Origin: Nanobdellota archaeon
GTDB lineage: Archaea > Nanobdellota > Nanobdellia > Woesearchaeales > JBHPFW01
DNA length: 64,000 bases
Assembly: GCA_042571645.1 (NCBI GenBank)
Contig: JBHPFW010000005.1
Location: forward strand, 1,536-65,535
Direction of reading: 5' to 3'
Shown here: one piece after another, positions 17,978-26,912 of the stretch
Numbering within the stretch: the first letter of the stretch is position 1
Layout of the letters: each line of letters starts with the position of its first letter
Translations under genes and position numbers: made by a program
The notes under the pieces: model-generated
The model's database searches: none
Told to the model about the DNA's origin: nothing
The model's input: the letters and a program-made list of their open reading frames with translations, nothing else

Positions 17978-19119
17978 TTTTGATCAGAATAATGTGGTTT
18001 GTAAGTCGGCTCTCTGTGAGGCAAATCTTTTAATCTTTCATATGACGGCAGGATTTCAGTAACTGTTCTTTTGAAAATTGGTGTTGAGATTGCCCATTTT
18101 TCTATCCTTTCTAATTGAGATGTATTCCAACATAATTTTTTAGCCCAATTAAAAAACTCTCTCCTATAAGCATGATATAAGGAACTAATTTTCAGATAAG
18201 ATTCAACTGCTTCATTGCTATCCTGAACAAAATCAATAATTGGTAAGCTTCCTTTAACAACTTCAACAAAACATTGAAGGAAAAATCTTTTTAGAAATTC
18301 TTCATCTGGTTTTTCAGGAATTTCAACAATTCTAAATGTATCAAAATCACACAAATATAACTCAGAAGTATCGCCATTTGCAAACTCTATAACATCATTG
18401 CCAATATTGCTGTTTAATAAATCTCTAAATCCTCCATTAAAATTCATAGTAACAAGCAATAACGCTTTTTTATAGATATACCGAGCAACATTAATTCTGT
18501 CTAAATTAACTTCTGCTCCGAGATGGCATCTTAATCCTATTGTTTTTCTTGAAGCTTCTTGGATTATTAGTTTGTGTGTATCTATTTCTTTAAAATCAAA
18601 GAATGATTCTATTCTTGATTCACAAACTGTATGCTCAACAAGAGTACAGCCATTATGATTGGAATAAACACAAATCGGTCTTATATTTGTTTTTAAACCA
18701 TGTTTAATAAAAAAAGCATAACCTAAAATTTCTCTCATTACTTGTTCCTTAGTTAAAATCCCATAAGGAATTGTCTTTATATCAACATGCTCTTTGCCAA
18801 AAAAAAAGCTCTCGCTTGGGAATGTTTTGGAGTTATTTGCCGGATTGCATCCTTTGAACTTAATATTTTTTTCTGGCCAATAAGCAGATCTTTCTCCATG
18901 CCTTTCAACCATTATTGTTTTGCTTTTTCTTTTTTTCAACCAATCTGCTCTTGTTCTTGGTATTTTTAAAAAATTGGGAACATCTTTTTCTTCTGGTAAT
19001 AATGCATACTTAAGAATTTTTTTTTCCTTATCATTCAAATTGGTTTTATCAATATATTTTCTAACAAATTCAGCTGCTGAAATAACTTTCCCATTGAATT
19101 CAAATAATTCTATTCCCAT
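17965..19119 (-). CDS. hypothetical protein, probable SelO-like/protein-kinase-fold nucleotide-binding enzyme
   Basis: Ordered motifs HGERS, KFKG, G.L....RE, GF....SNIGN and LCDFD parallel SelO's GDGR, LKG, RE, HG..NTDN and IDYG. Confidence 0.5.
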   Translation of the reverse strand: MGIELFEFNGKVISAAEFVRKYIDKTNLNDKEKKILKYALLPEEKDVPNFLKIPRTRADWLKKRKSKTIMVERHGERSAYWPEKNIKFKGCNPANNSKTFPSESFFFGKEHVDIKTIPYGILTKEQVMREILGYAFFIKHGLKTNIRPICVYSNHNGCTLVEHTVCESRIESFFDFKEIDTHKLIIQEASRKTIGLRCHLGAEVNLDRINVARYIYKKALLLVTMNFNGGFRDLLNSNIGNDVIEFANGDTSELYLCDFDTFRIVEIPEKPDEEFLKRFFLQCFVEVVKGSLPIIDFVQDSNEAVESYLKISSLYHAYRREFFNWAKKLCWNTSQLERIEKWAISTPIFKRTVTEILPSYERLKDLPHREPTYKPHYSDQKCIK

Positions 19120-19122
19120 GAT

Positions 19123-20928
19123 TCACCTTAAATGCTCGAAAAACTTCTTCAGGCTTAAATCTGAGCGAGTAATTAATTTTAAATCAAATTCTCCTTTTCT
19201 CACAGCCAAATAATCCCCCATAGCAAGAACATCAATTTCAGAATTAAGAAAAGTGTCAAGAGCCTGACTTGGACTCTCAACTATGGGTGAGTTTATATTA
19301 AATGAAGTATTAACAAGAATCGGCACGCCTGTTATCTCATGGAAAGATTTTATTAGATTATAATATCTTTCATTAGTATCTTTGCTTACTGTTTGTATCC
19401 TTGCAGTATCATCTACATGAGTTATAGCTGGAACTTGTCCAATTTTCTCTGGCCTGAGTTTATAAGCAAATAACATGAAGTCGTCGGAATCAGAACCAGT
19501 TGGTCTATAAAACCATTTGTCTACTTCTTCTTTTAAGATGCTTGGAGCTAACGGCCTGAAATGTTCTCTGCCTTTGACGTCTATACTTACTTTTTTATGC
19601 ATAGAACTATTTCTTGGATCAGCTAGTATACTTCTATTGCCTAAGGCTCTCGGCCCAAGTTCCATTCTTCCCTGAAACCAGCCAATTACTAATCCATTTG
19701 CGAGAAAATTTGCAGTTAATTTTTCAATTTTATCTGTTTTTATGTATTCAATTTTTGTATTTTTCTTAAGTGTATTTTCAATCTCTTCATTGGAATACTC
19801 TGTACCAAGATAAGCACTCATCGCACTAGTTTTCCTCTTATTATCAAGAATATGATGCCAAATATAAAACGCCGCACCCAAAGCAGTCCCCATATCATTT
19901 GCAGCTGGCTGAACAAATATTCTTTCAAAGGGTCCATGTTCTAAAAGATGAGTGTTTGATAAGCAATTTAAGCTTACTCCTCCCGCTTTGCATAAATTCT
20001 TAGAACCTGTTTGCGTGTATAAGTACTTAACTAAAGATAATGTAACCTCATTTGTAATTTTTTGCAATGCCGCTGCAAAATCCATATGGCGTTGTTCTAC
20101 TGATTCGTCAGAATCTCTTGATTTTCCAAATAATTTTTCATATTTAGAATGCGAATTGTATCTAAACTGAAGTTTAACACCATCAACCTTAAAATTTCCG
20201 TTGTTATCCCACGTAACAAATTCCTTGAATTCCTTGTAGAATCTTTCTGGATCGCCGTAAGATGCAAGAGCCATTACTTTGCCTGCACCATACTCACCCA
20301 TACCGTTAACTAATAATCCAAGATATCTTGAAGCTTTTGTCCAAAGAAAACCAATTGAGTTTGGATAATTTATTTCTTTTATTACTTTAATCTTATTTCC
20401 TTTTCCATAAGCAAGCATTGTACTGGCAAACTCACCTATGCCATCTGTTGTCAAGATAGCTGCGTTTTTATAAGGAGCTGCAAAATAAGCACTTGCAGCA
20501 TGAGATAAATGATGTGGAATCCAAATAAATTTTCCTTTAACATCTGTTTTATACTTTTTATTCAGTAATTTAGGTATAGTCATTAAAAGATTATAGAATT
20601 TTTCTTCACCTTCTTTACTTCCCCAATCTCCTGGATCAACCTCTTTGTCCACTCCGATATTTCTCTTTAATCTTTCCTCTGGCAAAAAAGAAAACCCTAT
20701 ATGGCTCACATCACCTATTGTTATACCAGCAGACTTTAAGCAATAATTAATAGAAGAATATGGAAGTTCATGGGGATTGTAAATCAAGGCAGGTTTTCCA
20801 TGCCTCTGTCTACTAAATCTTTCTTCTTCTACTGCAGCGATTATTTTCCCATCTTTCAGCAGACATGCTGCTGGCTCATGATATGCTGAATTTATACCCA
20901 ACACAAATACTGGTTTCTTATAATCCAT
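19123..20928 (-). CDS. carbamoyltransferase (NodU/CmcH/TobZ family)
   Basis: AAVEEERFSR, HHLSHAAS, DGIGE, GKVMAL, GGVSLN, GPRALGNRSIL, FRPLAP and NTSFN motifs; GGAGG SD before the ATG at 20928. Confidence 0.95.
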   Translation of the reverse strand: MDYKKPVFVLGINSAYHEPAACLLKDGKIIAAVEEERFSRQRHGKPALIYNPHELPYSSINYCLKSAGITIGDVSHIGFSFLPEERLKRNIGVDKEVDPGDWGSKEGEEKFYNLLMTIPKLLNKKYKTDVKGKFIWIPHHLSHAASAYFAAPYKNAAILTTDGIGEFASTMLAYGKGNKIKVIKEINYPNSIGFLWTKASRYLGLLVNGMGEYGAGKVMALASYGDPERFYKEFKEFVTWDNNGNFKVDGVKLQFRYNSHSKYEKLFGKSRDSDESVEQRHMDFAAALQKITNEVTLSLVKYLYTQTGSKNLCKAGGVSLNCLSNTHLLEHGPFERIFVQPAANDMGTALGAAFYIWHHILDNKRKTSAMSAYLGTEYSNEEIENTLKKNTKIEYIKTDKIEKLTANFLANGLVIGWFQGRMELGPRALGNRSILADPRNSSMHKKVSIDVKGREHFRPLAPSILKEEVDKWFYRPTGSDSDDFMLFAYKLRPEKIGQVPAITHVDDTARIQTVSKDTNERYYNLIKSFHEITGVPILVNTSFNINSPIVESPSQALDTFLNSEIDVLAMGDYLAVRKGEFDLKLITRSDLSLKKFFEHLR

Positions 20929-20990
20929 TAATATTCCCTCCAACCTTATTTTATCACGACTTAGTGGAGTTATGAGCCCTTATTAACATT

Positions 20991-21012
20991 TATTCTCCTT
21001 TTTTGGAGAATA
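20991..21012. promoter_or_regulatory. 8-6-8 inverted repeat, candidate TrmB-family operator
   Basis: TATTCTCC-tttttt-GGAGAATA directly abutting TTTATATA (21013-21020) in the divergent promoter region. Confidence 0.5.
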
Positions 21013-21042
21013 TTTATATAGAAGCTCTGCTTTACCAGAATT

Positions 21043-21789
21043 ATGGCATTAGACACATCCATACTACAAGAAATAGGACTTACAAATGCCCAGATAAGGG
21101 TATATTTGGCACTAATAGAGCTTGGGCAAACAACTTCAGGTCCAATTATAAAGAAATCAGAGCTTCAGAACTCAGTAGTATATAATGCCCTTAATCAACT
21201 AATGGAAATTGGCTTAGTAAGCTTTGTGATAAAAGGCAAAAGAAAACATTTCCATGCAATAGATCCAAAAGCACTATTAAAATTAATTGATGACAGGAAA
21301 GAGAAGCTTGAAGCATTAGTTCCAGAATTAGAAGCAAAACATGAACTTTCAAGAACAAAACAAGAAGCTCAAGTATTTGTTGGGTGGAAAGGATTACAGA
21401 CAGCATTAAATATTGCCATTGATTCTGTCCCTATGCGAGGCGAATATATTGGTTTTCCTGCTGGATATGAAGAACAATATACAGAAGAAACCAAAAAATT
21501 CTTCAGAGAAATCCAAAAAAAGCGTGCACTAAAAAGATTAGATGTGAAATTTATTGCTAATGAATCTGCAAGAGACCAAGTTAGCACATATAGATATTAT
21601 GAAAAATTCAGCATTCCTAAATATAAATTTGTTCCGGGCTTTGCTCCTGTTGGAGTTCTTATCTTCGGCGATAGTATAATGAACATCGCATTCGAAGAAC
21701 AACCTCTAGCAGTAATAATTACATCAAAACAAATGGCAGAATCATATAGAAGATTTTTCTATGCATTATGGGAAGTTGCTAAGAAATAA
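21043..21789 (+). CDS. TrmB-family transcriptional regulator
   Basis: LQEIGLT..QIRVYLALIELG wHTH, VYNAL..L.E.GLV, and a C-terminal effector domain. Confidence 0.88.
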   Translation: MALDTSILQEIGLTNAQIRVYLALIELGQTTSGPIIKKSELQNSVVYNALNQLMEIGLVSFVIKGKRKHFHAIDPKALLKLIDDRKEKLEALVPELEAKHELSRTKQEAQVFVGWKGLQTALNIAIDSVPMRGEYIGFPAGYEEQYTEETKKFFREIQKKRALKRLDVKFIANESARDQVSTYRYYEKFSIPKYKFVPGFAPVGVLIFGDSIMNIAFEEQPLAVIITSKQMAESYRRFFYALWEVAKK

Positions 21790-21791
21790 AA

Positions 21792-21902
21792 TAAGTTCAT
21801 CAGCGCCTAGAGTGCTAAGGATTCTTTGCAAACAATTGCGTGAATCTTTCATGATTGCAAGGTACAACTAATTCATAGTTGGCACTCGCTCTGATGAACT
21901 TA
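21792..21902. other. structured intergenic element (MITE-like, ncRNA or bidirectional terminator)
   Basis: Perfect 12-bp terminal inverted repeat TAAGTTCATCAG/CTGATGAACTTA enclosing nested stems GAGTGC/GCACTC and CAACTA/TAGTTG. Confidence 0.55.
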
Positions 21903-21912
21903 AAAACAAAAA

Positions 21913-22242
21913 TCAAGAAACCCTAACCTTAACCTTCTTACTAAGATGTTTTTCAGTTTCTTGCAAAAGCAAAGTATCATACAATTTAATCAATTGTTTA
22001 ACTGCAGGAGTGTCTTCATTTAATTTGAAAAGTTTGGCTCTGCCAATTTCTCTTGTGGGTTGAACCATTTTTAAGTTTACCAAATTATCCCAAATTCTAT
22101 GTAATGTTGTCCAACCAATATTTGAATTTTCTGCTATATCTGTTAATGAATAATCTAATCCTCTGCCTTCTATCAAAAAGTCCAGAACTCTTATTACAGG
22201 AGAATCTCCTAAAGCTTCTCTAAAGACTGTTGTTTCTTTCAT
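21913..22242 (-). CDS. winged-HTH DNA-binding protein
   Basis: GDSPVIRVLDFL, YSLTDIAE...IGWTTL and REIGRAKLFKLN motifs. Confidence 0.85.
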   Translation of the reverse strand: MKETTVFREALGDSPVIRVLDFLIEGRGLDYSLTDIAENSNIGWTTLHRIWDNLVNLKMVQPTREIGRAKLFKLNEDTPAVKQLIKLYDTLLLQETEKHLSKKVKVRVS

Positions 22243-22316
22243 TGTATTAAAAAGAAAAGTACAACAAATATATAAAACTTTCTATTAGGGTACATTAATA
22301 TACCAAAATAGAGTTA

Positions 22317-22329
22317 TACCCAGTGGACA
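22317..22329 (+). promoter_or_regulatory. palindromic box 2 (TACCCAGTGGACA), 15 bp upstream of TATAAAAA
   Basis: TATA at 22345; ATG at 22375 is 46 bp from the box end. Confidence 0.7.
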
Positions 22330-22374
22330 AGTACAGCCCAGAAGTATAAAAATAAGCCCTACAACCAATTTAGC

Positions 22375-22653
22375 ATGCAAAAGCTTCTAATCCAAAAGAA
22401 AATTCTAAGAAAGTTAATATCTATGAAACCTCACAAATGGGGTAATTCTCATACAGAAGAAAAGAATCTTTTCAAAGGTTTGCCAAGTCATTTAAGAGGT
22501 AATAAAATAGTCAATAATGCAATAAAAGAACTATATCAATTAGAATTTCTAACAAAACTAAAGAAAACAGGAGAATGGCATGTCTCATTGAATCCAAGAA
22601 AAAAGGAAGAAATATTTAGATTTTTAGATATAAATCACGATTATGAATGCTAA
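22375..22653 (+). CDS. small basic hypothetical protein, probable wHTH
   Basis: KWGNSHT...KGLP...AIKEL...VSLNP; clear TATA upstream. Confidence 0.7.
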   Translation: MQKLLIQKKILRKLISMKPHKWGNSHTEEKNLFKGLPSHLRGNKIVNNAIKELYQLEFLTKLKKTGEWHVSLNPRKKEEIFRFLDINHDYEC

Positions 22654-22657
22654 AACC

Positions 22658-23794
22658 CTAACTCTCCAAAACCTTACTCAAAACAATTATTGGAATAAAG
22701 GTAGTAACTAATATCATCAAAAAGAAACTAGAAAACAAACTTTCTGGCAATATACCTAAACCCATACCAACTGCTAATATTGCCAAACAAACCTCTCCAC
22801 GAGGAATCATTCCTATTGCTACAGCTAGAGAATCTTTAATATTAAGTTTCGTGGCCATAGCAATAATCCATGTTGGCAAAAACTTTGATAATATTGCAAT
22901 AACTGTCAACCATACAGCAAACATAGAGAAAAATCCTGCGGTAAAATCTATTTGCAGCCCAATCCATGCATAAAATAACGGGATAAACATTCCTTCGCTG
23001 ACTGCATCCAGTTCTGTGATGAATTTTCTTTCTTTTAGTTTTGGTACTCGAGATAAAATTACTCCAGCTACAAATCCTCCTAATATCACACTTAAACCCA
23101 AACTGCTTGCTATTGCTGCCAGCACAATTACTAAAACTAAAGTTATTGAGAACTGCGCTTCTTCAACAATTAATATTTTGAGATGAGAAAATATTTTTGG
23201 AATAAAATATTCTGCTAACCCAATAACAATACCAAACAAAACAAACCCTAAACCTAACTCAACAAGATTTGAGAACAAAGGCATATTTGGATTGATAACA
23301 AAACTTGCTACAATCACTAAAAATATCACTCCAATTAAATCATCTATTATAGCAGAACCCAAAAAAGTTCTTCCTGCTTTTGTATCAAGTTTTTTTGCAC
23401 TAATAAAATTCCCTAAAGGTATTGAGATGGATGTTGCAGATAAAGCTATTCCAACAAACAATGCAACAGGCAAATCAAAATAAATTAATCCAAAACTAAA
23501 TCCTACAAGAAAAGGGATAAAAGCAGAGGTTATGCCAATCAATATTGATCTTGTCTTTTCCTTAAGCAGATTCTTAAGATTTACTTCCTCAAAACCAATT
23601 CTGAATAATAATAGAATTATTCCTACTTCTGCAAACTGTGCTAAAACATCTGCCTGCACTAACCCCAACCAAGGCCCAAATATTATTCCTGCGATTACTG
23701 CCCCGAATAACTCTGGAAGCTTGAATATTTCAAACAGATCTGCACAAAGCTTAGCCGCAATCAACATTATAGCCAGCTGTATTAGGAATTCCAT
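22658..23794 (-). CDS. cation:proton antiporter (CPA2/KefB/NapA family)
   Basis: Many TMs; SATSI, AIIDD, FIPLFY and GMIPRGEV motifs. Confidence 0.92.
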   Translation of the reverse strand: MEFLIQLAIMLIAAKLCADLFEIFKLPELFGAVIAGIIFGPWLGLVQADVLAQFAEVGIILLLFRIGFEEVNLKNLLKEKTRSILIGITSAFIPFLVGFSFGLIYFDLPVALFVGIALSATSISIPLGNFISAKKLDTKAGRTFLGSAIIDDLIGVIFLVIVASFVINPNMPLFSNLVELGLGFVLFGIVIGLAEYFIPKIFSHLKILIVEEAQFSITLVLVIVLAAIASSLGLSVILGGFVAGVILSRVPKLKERKFITELDAVSEGMFIPLFYAWIGLQIDFTAGFFSMFAVWLTVIAILSKFLPTWIIAMATKLNIKDSLAVAIGMIPRGEVCLAILAVGMGLGILPESLFSSFFLMILVTTFIPIIVLSKVLES

Positions 23795-23855
23795 AATAGA
23801 AAGGAAATAAGCATGATATAAATAACTTTCTTTAGAGTACTACTTTAGAGTAGAA

Positions 23856-24422
23856 TTAGGAATGCTCATCGTGAGTCCTTTGATAATACCCAGGTTTGCC
23901 TTCAACACGATCAACTGAATGACCATAAATAGGATGTATCTCGCTTAAACTCCTATTTGCACCGCATCCTCTGGGAATATAATCTCCACAAACACTATCT
24001 ACTAAAGAACCAATCCAATTCTTAACACCTTTATATGCAGAACATGCTGCAGGCTCATTAAATGCTATCCTAGCCCAGGCATCAGCCATAGAATGAATAT
24101 ACCCTCCCATTATAACCAATTTTGATTGCACATCAACATATTCAGCATCTCTAAATTTAGCTATTAGATAAAGCAGTCCCACTACTTTACAAACATCCAC
24201 ACCTGCAACAAAAAGATTAAATTTCCTATCTCCTGAATTAAAGACTGATCCTATTGATGCATCACTGAAACTAGACTCCATTACAGAATCATAAGAACCT
24301 GTATTCAAAGTTCCATCCTCACAAGAACTATCTGGTAAACCAACATTAACTTCTTCCGCAGAGGAAATCTGCCCAGATCCATCACTACCCCCCGAAGCAA
24401 TACTATCTAAATCTTCTGCCAT
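23856..24422 (-). CDS. hypothetical protein (acidic Ser/Gly-rich N-terminus, possible TM)
   Basis: Likely ATG at 24422; the longer ORF overlaps the divergent HAD gene. Confidence 0.5.
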   Translation of the reverse strand: MAEDLDSIASGGSDGSGQISSAEEVNVGLPDSSCEDGTLNTGSYDSVMESSFSDASIGSVFNSGDRKFNLFVAGVDVCKVVGLLYLIAKFRDAEYVDVQSKLVIMGGYIHSMADAWARIAFNEPAACSAYKGVKNWIGSLVDSVCGDYIPRGCGANRSLSEIHPIYGHSVDRVEGKPGYYQRTHDEHS

Positions 24423-24529
24423 TAATAAACACCCAACCCATTGGTCTGCAAAGAAAATGATATTATATAAAATTTTCTCAAGTCTTTTTAAACAAAAAAT
24501 ATTAAAACAAATCAAAAACCAAGTATAAT

Positions 24530-25210
24530 ATGATAAAAGCAGTAATATTTGATGTTGATGGAGTAATTGTTGATTCTGAACCAATTCATTGGAAAACTTT
24601 CAATATTGATTTAAAACCATATGATGTTAAGATTCCTAAAAAAAGATGGATGAAGGAGTTTGTTGGCACTGGTTCTTTGCATATAATGAAGACAATAGTC
24701 AAGGAAAACAATCTTATTGAAAGATTTAATGTTGATATTGATAAAATGGTCAAACACAGAAAATTTGCCTTTCAAAAATATCTAAAAGATCATAAGATAA
24801 AAACAATCCCCGGTTTTAAAAGTTTTAAAAATAAATTAAAAAAAACTGGAGTAAAGATGATAATTGCTTCTGGCGGACATAGAAATAATGTTATGGCTTC
24901 ATTAAAAGCCTCTGGTGTTGATCATGAATTCAAAGATATTATTACAGGGGATGAAGCCAAAAAACGCAAACCCAATCCAGATATTTATTTGCAGGCAGCT
25001 AAACTCATAAAACTAAAACCAAAAGAATGCATGGCAATTGAAGATTCTCCTGCAGGTGTAACTGCAGCAAAAAAAGCAGGAATGTTTACAATAGGATTAT
25101 TAACAACATCTTCTAAAAAACAAATCAATCATGCTGACTTTATTATTGAAGATTTTATGGATAAGAAAGCTAAGAAATTGTTGAGGATGATTAAGCCACA
25201 GCAAAGTTAA
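24530..25210 (+). CDS. HAD-family phosphatase (beta-PGM/CbbY-like)
   Basis: FDVDGVIVDSE, KPNPDIY and IEDSPAG motifs. Confidence 0.92.
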   Translation: MIKAVIFDVDGVIVDSEPIHWKTFNIDLKPYDVKIPKKRWMKEFVGTGSLHIMKTIVKENNLIERFNVDIDKMVKHRKFAFQKYLKDHKIKTIPGFKSFKNKLKKTGVKMIIASGGHRNNVMASLKASGVDHEFKDIITGDEAKKRKPNPDIYLQAAKLIKLKPKECMAIEDSPAGVTAAKKAGMFTIGLLTTSSKKQINHADFIIEDFMDKKAKKLLRMIKPQQS

Positions 25211-25547
25211 TACTTTGAGTTTTTGCAGAACCATGTCCTAAATCAACTGTTAAAGGTATTGTGATGTCTTTTTCTTTCTCTTTAAATTGCATTACTAAAT
25301 AGATATAGACATAATTAGGCTTGTAAGTAACAACCATTGATGCTTTCTTTAAACCTTCTAATTGTTTTTCTGATAATTTTAGATTTCGGGAAGCATTTAG
25401 TATTTCTATGCCTGTAATAAATCCTCCTGAATCTACATCAATTATAAAATCACCTACATCTATTGAAGCTTTTACTTTTCTTTCTTTAGATAAAAACAAA
25501 ATATCTTCTTCTTTATCATAATTTATTTTTGCTTTGTTTTTTGCCAT
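25191..25547 (-). CDS. DUF2283-family protein (putative antitoxin)
   Basis: YDKEEDILFL and DVD..G.ITGIEILNAS motifs. Confidence 0.8.
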   Translation of the reverse strand: MAKNKAKINYDKEEDILFLSKERKVKASIDVGDFIIDVDSGGFITGIEILNASRNLKLSEKQLEGLKKASMVVTYKPNYVYIYLVMQFKEKEKDITIPLTVDLGHGSAKTQSINFAVA

Positions 25548-25843
25548 TTTCTATCTGTATTCCAAGCAGTTATTATATATAAGTCTTTCTTTAGGATAGC
25601 AACCACTACAACTAAGCTGTATTTATTGCTTAATTTTATCCATAATTTATATTTCTTTTCTTCCTCTCTTCTTGATTGTTGTTCTTCAACCTTTAATAAC
25701 TTATCTGTTTTCTTTAAATACTCTCTTACAAGAACTTCTGAAATAGGTCTATCCTCTGTTCTGTAGTAAAAATGTTTCTTAAATTTTATATTCTCATCTT
25801 TTAATTCTTCTAAACAATTTTTAACTTTTTCAAAACAGGACAT
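25523..25843 (-). CDS. DUF4258/RelE-BrnT-like putative toxin
   Basis: KHF..R...R.IS and LYIITAW motifs; overlaps the DUF2283 partner, giving a toxin-antitoxin pair. Confidence 0.65.
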   Translation of the reverse strand: MSCFEKVKNCLEELKDENIKFKKHFYYRTEDRPISEVLVREYLKKTDKLLKVEEQQSRREEEKKYKLWIKLSNKYSLVVVVAILKKDLYIITAWNTDRKWQKTKQK

Positions 25844-26006
25844 AAATTATGAGAATTTCCAATTTTATTTAAACCTTAAGACAAAAACGGGATAAACTCA
25901 TTTTCCTGTCAGACACTGATTATTACATACTATTTTAAATATAATAATCATACCCCTATATTCTAAGATAGGTTTATTAAGAATATTTTATATTCAAAGA
26001 ACTAAC

Positions 26007-26777
26007 TCACTTCAATTTCTTAAAAGACTGGCTTTTTTTCAAAAACTTATAGAAATTTTCTCTGTTATGAGGTTTGTTTAATGAACTAGCTTTAAATATC
26101 TTGCCGATTTCTTTTAATCTTTTTATGTTATCTTTTGATTGGCTTTTGCCATATTTCTTTAGAACATGTTTAACTTCATGATTTTGAGAAAAGGATATTA
26201 ATTTTCTGTCTAGATTGCTGGATTTAGTTGTTTTCTTCTTCTGCGACTTTTTTGAACTTGATTTCTTAACAGATTTCTTTTTTGTAGCTGCTTTTGTGGA
26301 TTTTTTCTTCTTAGCTGGTGTTTTAACTTTCTTGACTTTTGAATTTAATCCATTAATATCATAATGATGCTTCAGTATTACACTTTGATGGCTTTTTACC
26401 ATGTCTTTGAGTTTCTGCATATCTGATGTCTGTGCTAATGCCTCACCTGGTGTTGGAATACCCATAGCAGCACTTGCTACATGATCAATCTTTTTGTTCA
26501 AAGCTGCAATATGTCTTTGCTGCATTTGAATCTTAGCATCTACAGCTAAAGCATCAATTTTCTTATTTAGAATCTCTATAGCTCTTTGTTGGGCTTCTAT
26601 TATCCTATTTTGCCTTTCTATGACTGAATTGAACTGTTCTGCACTAAAATCAAGCTGAGAAGCCTTTAAAACTTCAATTTGGTTCAATAATACATTCATA
26701 TCCCCTTTTACCCTAATAAAAGCTGTTCTAAGCCTTTCATCGCGCCTTATTAGCTCTGATTGCATTGAAGGTTCCAT
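26007..26777 (-). CDS. coiled-coil protein with Lys-rich linker and small C-terminal domain
   Basis: Heptad repeats, a KKKS/KKTT stretch, and DRKLISFSQNHEV (DUF3606-like). Confidence 0.6.
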   Translation of the reverse strand: MEPSMQSELIRRDERLRTAFIRVKGDMNVLLNQIEVLKASQLDFSAEQFNSVIERQNRIIEAQQRAIEILNKKIDALAVDAKIQMQQRHIAALNKKIDHVASAAMGIPTPGEALAQTSDMQKLKDMVKSHQSVILKHHYDINGLNSKVKKVKTPAKKKKSTKAATKKKSVKKSSSKKSQKKKTTKSSNLDRKLISFSQNHEVKHVLKKYGKSQSKDNIKRLKEIGKIFKASSLNKPHNRENFYKFLKKSQSFKKLK

Positions 26778-26912
26778 AAACACTGAAAAACAACCTGAGT
26801 ATTTAAACATTTTGATTTTTAGTTATCAAAGAGTGGTAACGATGGAAAGGTTTATAAAGGGATACAAAAGTCCTTATCATCTAAAGAATATAAACTACAA
26901 ATGTGATAATTC

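Noticed and set aside
24423-24584. Upstream extension of ORF 23856..24584
   Set aside because: It crosses the divergent promoter and overlaps the HAD gene start; the ATG at 24422 is more plausible.
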